A DNA stretch of 42,892 nt from Methanosarcinales archaeon (GCA_021159385.1 JAGGRW010000191.1:1-42892); one strand, 5' to 3'. Positions 26,084 through 34,073 are shown, counted from the first letter of the stretch. Numbers and translations: made by a program. Notes: generated by a model not told the origin, from the letters alone.

Positions 26084-26100
26084 TTTTTGGAGGAGTTTTT
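26084..26100 (+). terminator. Candidate archaeal oligo-T termination signal
   Basis: T5 at 26084-26088 and T5 at 26096-26100, just after the palindrome ccgttttaaacgg (26061-26073) and downstream of the 24451-26031 gene group. Confidence 0.3.
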
Positions 26101-26285
26101 AACTAACCTGAAGAACTCTGCAAAACCGATACCAGTGTGCCTGAATGGATGGTCAACCTGATGTGGCTCATGTGGTGCCACCCGCGATATCAGAGAGTCC
26201 AGATCACTGCCAACCAAAAGACCTAAAACCAGTCCCAACAGGTTAATATCCAGTCCCCCAAAACCAGAGTTCAACAGAAATAAAG

Positions 26286-27785
26286 GTGTTACCATTGACA
26301 AGCGTCCTCTTGCTCGCCTCACCGGATGTCCAGCGCGACTTCGATTTCGTCGCGAGAATTCCGAATCTCGGAATCACGTCGATTGCCGGGAACATAAACG
26401 ATCTCTGCGATGTGAAGGTAGCTGACCTGAACGTTGCGGACGACCCCCACGAATTCGTGCGCAGAACAATCGAAAAGTACCACGTCGATCTCGTTGGGCT
26501 CAGTTGCATGAGTTTCCAGTACGCGGGAATGCTTGAGATCGCAAAGATCGTTGCGGAGTACGACAATGTCAAAGTCGTCTTCGGCGGGTATCATCCAACA
26601 CTCGAGTACAAGGAGATTGCTGGGAGTCCGGACCTTGCGTACATCGATTTTATCATGCGCGGCGAGGGGGAAGCAACATTTAGAGAGCTTGTTGCGACCA
26701 TGAGTCTCCCGGATCCGCAGTACGACGGTGTTCCTGGCTTGTCCTACCGGGAAAACAAAGATGGCGATGGCACAATGACCATGAAGCACAACCCGCCACG
26801 CCCGCTTCTTGACCTATCCGAGATCAGACTACCGGATCGGGGTGCAAGACTGCTCAAGAAAGGGTTCTACGGATTTTGCCACACGGTAGACGTCGTTGAG
26901 ACGAGCAGGGGCTGCACGCAGGGCTGCAAGTTCTGCAGCATCGACCGCATGTACGGGCGCAGCTTCAGAACGTACACAATCGAGCGCGTGATTGAGGACA
27001 TCGCTGACGCGAAGGCGCACGGCGCGCAGAACATCTTCTTTGTTGACGACAACATAACGCTCAACACAAAAAGGATGAAGCGTCTCTGCGAGGCGATAAT
27101 CGACGCGGGGCTCGATGACATCTACTACCAGACGCAGGCGAGTACGAGCGGGATTGCAAAAAGCAAGGAGGTCGTGGACCTGATGGCAAAAGCCGGATTT
27201 GACGGGGTCTTTCTCGGAATCGAGAATGCGCTCCCGAGAAACATCGAGTTCTTCGGAAAGACCGGGATGGCGACCGATTCGGAGAGGGCTGTTTCGTACC
27301 TGCGCGAGCACAGAATCATCGTCTCCGGCGGGATCATCAGCGGGAACCCGGAGGACACCGCGGAGGACGTGCGCAGGAACTACGAACTCGCAAAGAAACT
27401 GAAGCTCGATGTCCCGATCTTCTACATCATGACTCCGTATCCGAAGACGGTACTTCGCAAGGAGTTAATCGAGATGGGGCTCGTCACAAATCCCGATGAT
27501 GTCACGAGATACGATGGAATCTACGCAAACGTAAAAACAAAGCACCTGAGTACAGATGAACTGCAATACATCGTCTGGAAGATGAATGTCGATTATTACG
27601 GTCTGAAATGGTATCTCTCAAACAACATCATCAGACGGTACCCGAAATGGTACCTGAAGCGGACGCTCGAACTGATCCCGAAGTACACGTCGCGGAGATT
27701 GAAGATGGCTCTCGGGCTAAAATCGGAGAGAGAGTGTTTTGAAGAGGATATGGAGTCAGGGGTGCTCTGCAAGGGCGGGGTGTGA
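26286..27785 (+). CDS. B12-binding-domain (class B) radical SAM enzyme
   Basis: 499 aa. N-terminal Rossmann-like B12-binding region (VDLVGLSCMSFQY...VVFGGYHPT). Radical SAM core VETSRGCTQGCKFCSI (CxxxCxxC). Confidence 0.8.
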   Translation: MLPLTSVLLLASPDVQRDFDFVARIPNLGITSIAGNINDLCDVKVADLNVADDPHEFVRRTIEKYHVDLVGLSCMSFQYAGMLEIAKIVAEYDNVKVVFGGYHPTLEYKEIAGSPDLAYIDFIMRGEGEATFRELVATMSLPDPQYDGVPGLSYRENKDGDGTMTMKHNPPRPLLDLSEIRLPDRGARLLKKGFYGFCHTVDVVETSRGCTQGCKFCSIDRMYGRSFRTYTIERVIEDIADAKAHGAQNIFFVDDNITLNTKRMKRLCEAIIDAGLDDIYYQTQASTSGIAKSKEVVDLMAKAGFDGVFLGIENALPRNIEFFGKTGMATDSERAVSYLREHRIIVSGGIISGNPEDTAEDVRRNYELAKKLKLDVPIFYIMTPYPKTVLRKELIEMGLVTNPDDVTRYDGIYANVKTKHLSTDELQYIVWKMNVDYYGLKWYLSNNIIRRYPKWYLKRTLELIPKYTSRRLKMALGLKSERECFEEDMESGVLCKGGV

Positions 27786-28126
27786 ATGTTTGGGTAAGCT
27801 CTGGTCATTCTGCTGATGCGTGGTTCTGTCTTTGGATTGGTACTTGAATTGTCATGGCACCACTCCTCTTCGGAAATACCGAAAAAACCCGTCTTTGGAA
27901 CAATAGACCTGTTGCGATTCCCAAGCTCAACTCCTGTTTCATACCAGGTCTCGTTGAATCGCGGGCGGCGGGGGTGGTGCGCCGGGCGGGGCGCGGTCGA
28001 TGATGGTATCGACGATCCGATCAGGTCGGCAGTGTGTCAGTAACACTGATATTCAATAAAGACGTTTGAACTGTCGAACAGCGAAATTGGTTGCCTCCAC
28101 GTCAGCACACCGGATTGTGCCCATAC

Positions 28127-28477
28127 ATGAGCGACACGAACGATATGAACAACATGAACAACATGAACAACATGAAGACCATCCACATCATCGTAACCGG
28201 CAGGGTGCAGGGCGTAGGATTCCGCTACTTCACGATCGCTCGCGCAAAGAGTCTCGGCATCCGCGGCTGGGTCAGGAACCTGCCCGACGGCAGCGTCGAG
28301 ACTCTGATCCATGGGCAGGATGAGGCGATCGATGAGATGATCGGACTCTTGCGAGAGGGTCCTCTCACGGCAGTGGTCGCGGATTTGAAGATCGAGGAGC
28401 GGGGGGAGATTACGGCGGAAGAACTGTCCGGATCTGCCGGACCCGCCGGATCGCTCGGATTCACCATGAGGTTGTAG
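28127..28477 (+). CDS. acyP: Acylphosphatase
   Basis: IIVTGRVQGVGFRYFTIARAKSLGIRGWVRNLPDGSVE matches the acylphosphatase signature. Several in-frame ATGs (28127, 28145, 28154, 28163, 28172) make the start ambiguous. Confidence 0.85.
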   Translation: MSDTNDMNNMNNMNNMKTIHIIVTGRVQGVGFRYFTIARAKSLGIRGWVRNLPDGSVETLIHGQDEAIDEMIGLLREGPLTAVVADLKIEERGEITAEELSGSAGPAGSLGFTMRL

Positions 28478-29113
28478 ATGGAAGACGATTTGATCGGAAA
28501 GTTGAGGAAGATACGAGGATTCAGGGTCATCGAGAGCGACGAGCAGAGTATACTCGTAGATGTCCGGGACTTCGGAATGGATTCGCGGGAGCTGATCCGC
28601 CGCCTCAGAGAAGACGGAATCGTTGTGCATGAGTGCGACGGTGGCAGTGGCAGTGACCGTGGCGGCGATTGCATCAGGATCGATTCCAAATCTGTTAACC
28701 GGGAGCTGATCGATGTTCTCAGCAGCGCGATATCCGACTGGGGGCAGGACCTTGCCCGAAGGAACATCGAGGCTGTGATGAAGGATGGGGTCTGCGTGGG
28801 GAGACGGGATTGTGAATATTATCCGTGCCATTTTGAGGGGCAGGACTGTACGTTCTGTTTCTGCCCGTTCTATCCGTGCGGCGATACGCGAACCGGCGGC
28901 AGGTACGTTGAAAGCTCGACCGGCAAGACGGTCTGGAGTTGCGTCGGATGCACGATCATCCACGAGCACGAGGTTGCGTGTGAGGTGCTCGACGGGCTGA
29001 TGGCGCTTGAGCCCGGAGAGGATGTTTTGTCGGTGTTTCGGGATGTGATCGTTCCGCGTCTGCGCGATCGCGATGCCGGCACTGACGCAGGTACCGACGC
29101 CGACGCCGGGTGA
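28478..29113 (+). CDS. Cysteine-rich small domain protein with an N-terminal segment resembling only the C-terminal lobe of a CobD/HisC-type aminotransferase
   Basis: The N-terminal part, [31 protein letters not shown]...CIRID, resembles an aminotransferase C-terminal domain. The C-terminal part is Cys-dense: [25 protein letters not shown]...[11 protein letters not shown]. Its 3' end forms the left copy of the island direct repeat. Confidence 0.6.
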   Translation: MEDDLIGKLRKIRGFRVIESDEQSILVDVRDFGMDSRELIRRLREDGIVVHECDGGSGSDRGGDCIRIDSKSVNRELIDVLSSAISDWGQDLARRNIEAVMKDGVCVGRRDCEYYPCHFEGQDCTFCFCPFYPCGDTRTGGRYVESSTGKTVWSCVGCTIIHEHEVACEVLDGLMALEPGEDVLSVFRDVIVPRLRDRDAGTDAGTDADAG

Positions 29114-29154
29114 TGCGAACCGCGCAACAGGGGACTCGCGCCGGTTCGTGATCG
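28886..29154. repeat. Left copy of a ~270-bp direct repeat (att-like), covering the last 228 nt of the Cys-rich-domain gene plus 41 nt downstream
   Basis: Aligns with 34921-35191. The 122-nt block 28955-29076 is identical to 34991-35112. The flanking parts carry scattered substitutions and a 1-nt indel. Confidence 0.9.
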
Positions 29155-29204
29155 TTGCAGGTAGGGGGAGGGTTTTGGCATCAATCAAAGACCGATGGAA
29201 AGCG

Positions 29205-29212
29205 TTATGATT
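29205..29212 (+). promoter_or_regulatory. TATA-like box (ttatgatt) of cassette 1
   Basis: Lies 46 nt upstream of ATG 29251. The segment 29196-29253 is clearly homologous to 34065-34122 (same box, same 46-nt spacing). Confidence 0.45.
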
Positions 29213-29250
29213 CATCCTGTACGAACAATGGAAATGAAGAGGCGAGTATT

Positions 29251-29502
29251 ATGACGAAACTAACGTTAAATATCCCTCCCGGGCTTGAAACCCGCATGGG
29301 ACTTCTGATTGAGGGGGGATTATACTACACGAAGGATGAACTCATTGCAGATGCGGTTCGGAGGTTGCTTGCAGTTGAACTTGAAACACTTGTTCAGCAC
29401 AAATATTACTGGAACAAGTTAACAGCAGAGCGTGATGTTGAGGTAACAGAGGACGAGTTGGACCGATTGATCCACGAAATCCGCGCTGAGATGATCGATT
29501 GA
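29251..29502 (+). CDS. vapB: RHH/CopG-like antitoxin (VapB-like)
   Basis: ORF 29155..29502; the likely start is ATG 29251 (MTKLTLNIPPGLETRMGLLIEGGLYYTKDELIADAVRRLL = beta strand + helices). 4-nt overlap with the PIN gene. Confidence 0.7.
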   Translation: MTKLTLNIPPGLETRMGLLIEGGLYYTKDELIADAVRRLLAVELETLVQHKYYWNKLTAERDVEVTEDELDRLIHEIRAEMID

Positions 29503-29945
29503 AACGGGTGTATCTGGACACCAATGTGCTTGTTATGGGCATTCTGAAGCATGAATCAAATTCAAGACGAGTGCTCGAATTGACAAACCGTGGAGAGATC
29601 CACGCCATTATATGTGATTACAGCATCGAGGAGCTTAAGAGAGTTCTCCGACGGCTGCTTCCACGTAAAGAAGCCAATTATAGGTTATATCTGTTCATAA
29701 AGTACGCAGCATCAAATCCGTTCATAAAAATTGTGAAATACCAATACTACGAGCACAGAGAAGACCATTTCAAAGAATATATTGTCAAAAAAGATTTGCC
29801 GCATCTGATTGTTGCGATTGAAACGAAAACAGATGCAATTATTGTGAAGGACAGGCATTTCACCGGTCAAAAGTTGATCCGCGTCATGACTCCACGCGAG
29901 TTCCTGCGAGAGCTGGGTAAAGATATGTTTGAAGGCGATTTGTGA
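29499..29945 (+). CDS. vapC: PIN-domain toxin (VapC-like)
   Basis: TTG start overlapping the antitoxin stop (TTGA). N-terminal KRVYLDTNVLV acidic motif. C-terminal TDAIIVKDRHF. Confidence 0.75.
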   Translation: MKRVYLDTNVLVMGILKHESNSRRVLELTNRGEIHAIICDYSIEELKRVLRRLLPRKEANYRLYLFIKYAASNPFIKIVKYQYYEHREDHFKEYIVKKDLPHLIVAIETKTDAIIVKDRHFTGQKLIRVMTPREFLRELGKDMFEGDL

Positions 29946-30019
29946 GACTTTATGGGTTGATTTTTTGTTTAAATAATTCTTAAAGGTTGTTGAGACCCAT
30001 AAGTTGCTGGAGGAAGAAG

Positions 30020-30286
30020 ATGTATAAGTACGCAATAGAGATATTCTATAGTGAGGAGGATGAAGGCTACGTTGCAATAGTTCCGGAGTTGGCAGGTTGC
30101 TCAAGCTTCGGAAATACCGAGGAGGCGGCGTTAAAGGAGATTATGACTGCGATAGAGCTCTGGTTGCAAGCTGCCGGAAAGGAGGGGAGGGAGATCCCAC
30201 AACCAGTGGGGAAACCGCTATTGCGAGCGATCGTTGGTGGGGACATCGCGGTTCACCATGCACGCCCACAAGTGGCTGTCGTATAA
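30020..30286 (+). CDS. Solo HicB-family antitoxin-like protein
   Basis: ATG 30020 preceded by ggagg. MYKYAIEIFYSEEDEGYVAIVPELAGCSSFGNTEEAALKEIMTAIELWL is the HicB N-domain pattern. The C-terminal ~25 aa read into the GC-rich junction repeat. No adjacent HicA. Confidence 0.65.
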   Translation: MYKYAIEIFYSEEDEGYVAIVPELAGCSSFGNTEEAALKEIMTAIELWLQAAGKEGREIPQPVGKPLLRAIVGGDIAVHHARPQVAVV

Positions 30287-30348
30287 CCGAAGTGTACCCC
30301 GCTTCGCGTGCACGCAACAGGCGAGGGTGGTTCGCGATTTCTGCAGAG

Positions 30349-30403
30349 CCCGCCGCCGGTTCGGTGCTGATGCGGACGTGCGCGATGGCGGGCGGCGGGC
30401 GGG
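30349..30403. repeat. GC-rich junction repeat A
   Basis: Core ccgccgccggttcggtgctgatgcgga (30350-30376) and tgcgcgatggcgggcgg (30379-30395) are identical to 33984-34010 and 34013-34029. The outer 8-bp arms cccgccgc / gcggcggg are complementary. Confidence 0.85.
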
Positions 30404-30412
30404 AACATAAGA

Positions 30413-30419
30413 TTATAAT
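30413..30419 (+). promoter_or_regulatory. TATA-like box (ttataat) of cassette 3
   Basis: Lies 47 nt upstream of the TTG start at 30460, followed by SD-like gaggtgagg (30446-30454). Confidence 0.4.
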
Positions 30420-30459
30420 CAATCAAGTACCAACCCCCACATCAAGAGGTGAGGTATAA

Positions 30460-30726
30460 TTGACAACCGTTACCGTGAGTTTCAAAGGTGCTCAAGAGAA
30501 GATCCTTGAGGAGATGCTAGATCTGGGCATAGTTAGAACCAAAACCGAAGCCATTCGCGTAGCTATGTTGAACTTCGCTCTCACCAGTGGACTGATGTCG
30601 AAAGAGAAGATTCTTGGGGCGATTCACAAACAGGCAAAATCCATTCGCGTGAACGAGGCTGATCTTCAAGGAATGATAGAACGTGCCAAAGAGGAACAGG
30701 GCTCTCCACGCTTGCACAATGTTTGA
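30460..30726 (+). CDS. RHH/CopG-like DNA-binding (antitoxin-like) protein
   Basis: 88 aa. TVTVSFKGAQEKILEEMLDLGIVRTKTEAIRVAMLNF has a strand-helix-helix layout. An internally deleted copy of this gene lies at 39289-39377. Confidence 0.55.
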   Translation: MTTVTVSFKGAQEKILEEMLDLGIVRTKTEAIRVAMLNFALTSGLMSKEKILGAIHKQAKSIRVNEADLQGMIERAKEEQGSPRLHNV

Positions 30727-30753
30727 ATTTGACAAATAAGTAGGTGAATAAAA

Positions 30754-30966
30754 ATGCAGACGTTTACGGCAGTATTACATAAAGAAGAGGATATGTATGT
30801 GGCAGAGTGTTCAGAAGTTGGCACAGTCAGTCAGGGGAAGACCATAGAGGAGGCTATAAACAATCTTAAAGAGGCTACTGAGCTTTATCTGGATGAGTTT
30901 CCGTTAAAGGAAGAAAGAAAAACGCTGATGACAACATTTGAGGTGGCAGCCAGTGCCAAAGCTTAG
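30754..30966 (+). CDS. hicB: HicB-family antitoxin
   Basis: 70 aa. FTAVLHKEEDMYVAECSEVGTVSQGKTIEEAINNLKEATELYLDE. Overlaps the hicA start. Confidence 0.75.
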   Translation: MQTFTAVLHKEEDMYVAECSEVGTVSQGKTIEEAINNLKEATELYLDEFPLKEERKTLMTTFEVAASAKA

Positions 30967-31183
30967 GAAAGTTTCAGGAGAAAAGGTGATCAGAATTCTC
31001 TGTAACAAAATGGGGTTTCGGATTAGTGGTAGAACCGGTAGCCATGTCAGATTATCGAAGACGACTTCCGGGGGAAGAATAGGAACTGTTGTCCCTATGC
31101 ATGGAGAGCTAAAGATAGGGACGCTGAAAGGAGTTCTAAAATTAGCAATGGTTGATGAAGATGAATTTTCAAAGTATTTATGA
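30953..31183 (+). CDS. hicA: HicA-family mRNA interferase toxin
   Basis: ORF 30938..31183; the likely start is GTG 30953 (PKLRKVSGEKVIRILCNKMGFRISGRTGSHVRLSK). Contains the G-S-H motif typical of HicA/YcfA. Confidence 0.75.
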   Translation: MPKLRKVSGEKVIRILCNKMGFRISGRTGSHVRLSKTTSGGRIGTVVPMHGELKIGTLKGVLKLAMVDEDEFSKYL

Positions 31184-31230
31184 CGTGCTGAACTCTCACA
31201 ATACTCCCGGATTGTTTGGTGCAAACGCAA

Positions 31231-31282
31231 GCGATGGCGGGCGGGCGGCAGATGCGCATGTGGGGCGGCGGGTGGTGGGAAC
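31231..31282. repeat. GC-rich junction repeat B (rearranged or duplicated version of the right half of repeats A and C)
   Basis: gcgatggcgggcgggcggcag followed by atgcgcatgtggggcggcgggtggtgggaac. Compare gcgcgatggcgggcggcgggcgggaac in A. Confidence 0.6.
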
Positions 31283-31367
31283 GTGGTATCCGATGACATG
31301 CGAGGAAGGATAAACTCCCAGAAATTAAGCGTAATATTTATGCAGCATCAACAGATATTAGTATACA

Positions 31368-31544
31368 ATGGATGGACTTGTTGCGGATGCTGTTCGGAGA
31401 TTGCCAGAGAGGCTCGAACTTGCAACACTTGTTCAGCCGCACAAATACTACTGGAACAGGTTAACAGCAGAGCGCGATATTGAGGTAACAGAGGTCGAAT
31501 TGGACCGATTAATTCATGAAATCCGCGCAGAGATGGTGAAGTGA
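31368..31544 (+). pseudogene. N-terminally truncated paralog (58 codons, still open) of the 29251 RHH antitoxin
   Basis: 31373-31547 aligns at nucleotide level with 29335-29508. It encodes MDGLVADAVRRLPERLELATLVQPHKYYWNRLTAERDIEVTEVELDRLIHEIRAEMVK, versus ...ELIADAVRRLLAVELETLVQHKYYWNKLTAERDVEVTEDELDRLIHEIRAEMID. It lacks the DNA-binding beta strand. Confidence 0.7.
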
Positions 31545-31638
31545 AACAAACGCGATCGATCGTTCAACCAGATGGATATGTATACGAAGTAGGTTCGGAT
31601 ATACTGCGTTAGGCGAAATGCGTAGGAGGTATTGAGAT

Positions 31639-32547
31639 ATGTCAATTATAATTGATGGAGAACGAGGAAAAAAGGTGGCGGAACTCCTCTATACTTCATT
31701 CTCTACTAACGGTATTCATGGAAGAACAGATATGCCTGAAGACATAACGCCCAATGGTGTAGTAAGAGGCTCTCTTGACCATATACTCTTTATAACCCTC
31801 ACAGTTTCTATTGACTACCAACGAGATGCCCCATCGTTATGGGCGAGTTCAAGAAAAACATTTGACGATCCAGAAACGAGATACTTATTTGATCCAAAAC
31901 TACTCTATGAAACTCCTTCCGACAAGATTATTGAAAATATGCAAAAGTATGGGCTATCTAAGAAACCTCAAAAAGATGCTTATATTTGGCGAACAGTTGG
32001 TGTTACTTTTTATAAAAAATGGGAAAGCAATCCCTGTAACTTCCTTAAAAACTGCAACTGGGATTCATCACTCATTTTAAAACGCCTAAAAAACGATACT
32101 CACCTATATAACGGAAGATCATTACCGGATTATCCGTACCTCCGTGGTCCTAAGATTGGGCCATTATGGTTGAGGATGCTTAGAGACAATGTAGGCATAA
32201 CACAATTGAGAAATTTGGAGAAGGTTCCTATCCCTGTAGATATACATGTAGCAAGAGCTACATTAGCTACTGGGATTGTTAGAGGGCAGTTCAGAGGTAA
32301 ATTAGATGAAGTGTTTGAATATATACGAAAAGCTTGGTTTGAGAGTGTAAAAGGACTTAGCATTAAGAACAGAGAGGTGATAGCGTTGGACGTGGACGAG
32401 CCTCTTTGGCATCTTTCTAAGTACGGTTGTGCAATGCGAGATAAGACGACTGGCAACTGTCCACTTTATCATAGATGTGAAGCAAAAGAGTTTTGCGTTC
32501 AAGGAATGGTTAAAATAGAAGGTAATATTGTGGAGTTGGACTCATGA
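31639..32547 (+). CDS. HhH-GPD-superfamily DNA glycosylase-like protein with a C-terminal four-Cys cluster
   Basis: 302 aa. Helix-hairpin-helix plus catalytic Asp region YLRGPKIGPLWLRMLRDNVG...IPVDIHVARATLATGIV (compare EndoIII LPGVGRKTA...VDTHIFRV). C-terminal C-x9-C-x5-C-x5-C (CAMRDKTTGNCPLYHRCEAKEFC). AT-rich. Confidence 0.6.
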   Translation: MSIIIDGERGKKVAELLYTSFSTNGIHGRTDMPEDITPNGVVRGSLDHILFITLTVSIDYQRDAPSLWASSRKTFDDPETRYLFDPKLLYETPSDKIIENMQKYGLSKKPQKDAYIWRTVGVTFYKKWESNPCNFLKNCNWDSSLILKRLKNDTHLYNGRSLPDYPYLRGPKIGPLWLRMLRDNVGITQLRNLEKVPIPVDIHVARATLATGIVRGQFRGKLDEVFEYIRKAWFESVKGLSIKNREVIALDVDEPLWHLSKYGCAMRDKTTGNCPLYHRCEAKEFCVQGMVKIEGNIVELDS

Positions 32548-33005
32548 AAACATTATGTATAGTTCCTTGTGGGAATAGGAAGATATGGAATAAAAAACCA
32601 AATGCAGGACCTACCCAAGCAAGAGATGTATATACCGGACTGTTCGCTAAAAAGTGTAGAGAATATGCAGAGAAATTTTACCGAACCTCTTGGTGTATTC
32701 TATCTATTCTATCTGCAAAATATGGATTTCTATTTCCAGACGAAATTGTCCAAGGTCCTTATAATGTAAGTTTTAATGACAAAAGCACAAATCCAATCTC
32801 TCTAAGTGAACTCTCTAATCAAATAATAGAGAAAAAATTGAATAAGTTTGATAGAATTGTGGTTTTGGGTGGAAGAAATTATGTAAATATGATAAAGGCA
32901 GTGTTTCACCAAAAGGAAATTCATACGCCATTAACTGATTGCCAAGGAATTGGATATATGATGGGAAAGCTTAACGACTCTATTCAAAGAGGAGTTCCGC
33001 TATGA
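32544..33005 (+). CDS. DUF6884-like (YaaA-related, SAKYG motif) protein
   Basis: 153 aa. ATGA overlap with the upstream gene. IVPCGNRK...ARDVYTGLFAKKCREYAEKF...WCILSILSAKYGFLFPDEIVQGPYNVSF matches my memory of the DUF6884 pattern and needs HMM confirmation. Confidence 0.5.
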   Translation: MKTLCIVPCGNRKIWNKKPNAGPTQARDVYTGLFAKKCREYAEKFYRTSWCILSILSAKYGFLFPDEIVQGPYNVSFNDKSTNPISLSELSNQIIEKKLNKFDRIVVLGGRNYVNMIKAVFHQKEIHTPLTDCQGIGYMMGKLNDSIQRGVPL

Positions 33006-33026
33006 CCTACGCACTATCACCTAACA

Positions 33027-33094
33027 GAGCGTATCTGGCTACGGGGCTTCGCACCTCCGCCCAAATTCCCCTTCGGGAAACTTCAGATACGCTC
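33027..33094. repeat. Perfect 11-bp inverted repeat (gagcgtatctg / cagatacgctc) enclosing a 46-nt GC-rich segment related to junction repeat C; candidate structured element
   Basis: Arms at 33027-33037 and 33084-33094. The enclosed cttcgcacctccgcccaaattcccc resembles cttcgtgaccctccgcaaacccc at 33963-33985. Confidence 0.6.
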
Positions 33095-33230
33095 GGAACG
33101 TTGTGCGAAAGCACACCATAACGAGGTGTTGAAATGAAGATAAATTGGATAATTGAGGAAAAAGATATTTGCCATATAAAAAAAATTCGTTGATTCTCAA
33201 AGTGGCAAATCGTTTGTAAAAAAAAGGATT

Positions 33231-33905
33231 GTGAGAAATGTAGAAGGGGCCATTCCTGACTTTAATAGAGATATATTCTGGAAGGAAATGATTTCTTGCC
33301 TTTTAACAACTCAACAGCGTTCAGGTCCTGAAAGTTCCGTAACTCGGTTTATTTGCACTGATCCGTTTCCTTTAAATTTAAATGAATGTAAGAACAAAAG
33401 CAATCTTAAAGAATTTGTAGAAGATACAATTACCAATTTTGGAGGCCTGTGGCGTGCAAAGACGATAGGAGACGCGGTTCTTTGCAATTTTAAATGGCTT
33501 AAATACGGTGGCTGGCAGGAAATTGAAGCGGCTGCAGAAAGGCTTGTAGAACCAAGGAGGCGAAGTCCCCGATTCGATGACAAATTCATTGAAAGAGAAG
33601 CCGCAAAGGTTGCAATTGATAAACTCAAAGGGTTTGGCCCAAAACAGTCGAGAAATTTATGGCAATCGTTGGGGCTTACAAGATTTGAGATACCAGTCGA
33701 TAGCAGAATTACAAAATGGTTTAATAAAAATGGTTTCCCTGTTAGGCTTTCAGCAGGTGCGTTGTCTGATGAAAACTATTACAACTTTGTAATGGATGGT
33801 ATACAACAAGCTTGTAAGGCAAGCGAGGTTTATCCTTGCGTTTTGGATGCGGCAATCTTTGCAAGTTTTGATCAGGAATGGCCTGAAGATAAATTGATTT
33901 GGTGA
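33231..33905 (+). CDS. Ogg2/AGOG-like HhH-GPD DNA glycosylase-like protein (the N-terminus probably lies upstream, across an A8 frameshift)
   Basis: FWKEMISCLLTTQQRS and the HhH region LKGFGPKQSRNLWQSLGLTRFEIPVDSRITKWF (Lys in the hairpin, Asp in VDSR) fit archaeal Ogg-type glycosylases. The track start is GTG 33231. See the finding on ATG 33134. Confidence 0.6.
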   Translation: MRNVEGAIPDFNRDIFWKEMISCLLTTQQRSGPESSVTRFICTDPFPLNLNECKNKSNLKEFVEDTITNFGGLWRAKTIGDAVLCNFKWLKYGGWQEIEAAAERLVEPRRRSPRFDDKFIEREAAKVAIDKLKGFGPKQSRNLWQSLGLTRFEIPVDSRITKWFNKNGFPVRLSAGALSDENYYNFVMDGIQQACKASEVYPCVLDAAIFASFDQEWPEDKLIW

Positions 33906-33981
33906 AATGAGTGGTGTGCCATCATATAACACAACACATACGCTGCGGGCTTACGCCTTGCGCTTCGTGACCCTCCGCAAA

Positions 33982-34040
33982 CCCCGCCGCCGGTTCGGTG
34001 CTGATGCGGATATGCGCGATGGCGGGCGGGGCGGCAGGGG
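33982..34040. repeat. GC-rich junction repeat C
   Basis: ccccgccgccggttcggtgctgatgcggatatgcgcgatggcgggcggggcggcagggg. It shares 27-nt and 17-nt identical blocks with repeat A. Its 3' flank through 34119 is homologous to 29131-29250. Confidence 0.85.
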
Positions 34041-34073
34041 TTGGAAATTTTCGATGAGAAAAGTCCGAAAGCG

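Noticed and set aside
29131-29160. tRNA or tRNA fragment at the att-like repeat and junction repeats (ggttcg strings)
   Set aside because: ccggttcgtgatcg / ccggttcggtgctgatgcgg cannot form a 5-bp T-stem around a 7-nt loop. No acceptor or anticodon arms are present nearby. No tRNA or rRNA gene was found anywhere in the window.
28037-29215. 392-aa minus-strand ORF spanning the acyP and Cys-rich-domain genes
   Set aside because: It is antisense to two ORFs with clear family motifs. It is low-complexity (HVVHVVHVVHIV arises from the antisense of the ATGAACAAC repeat) and has no recognisable domain. This is a typical spurious long ORF in GC-rich DNA.
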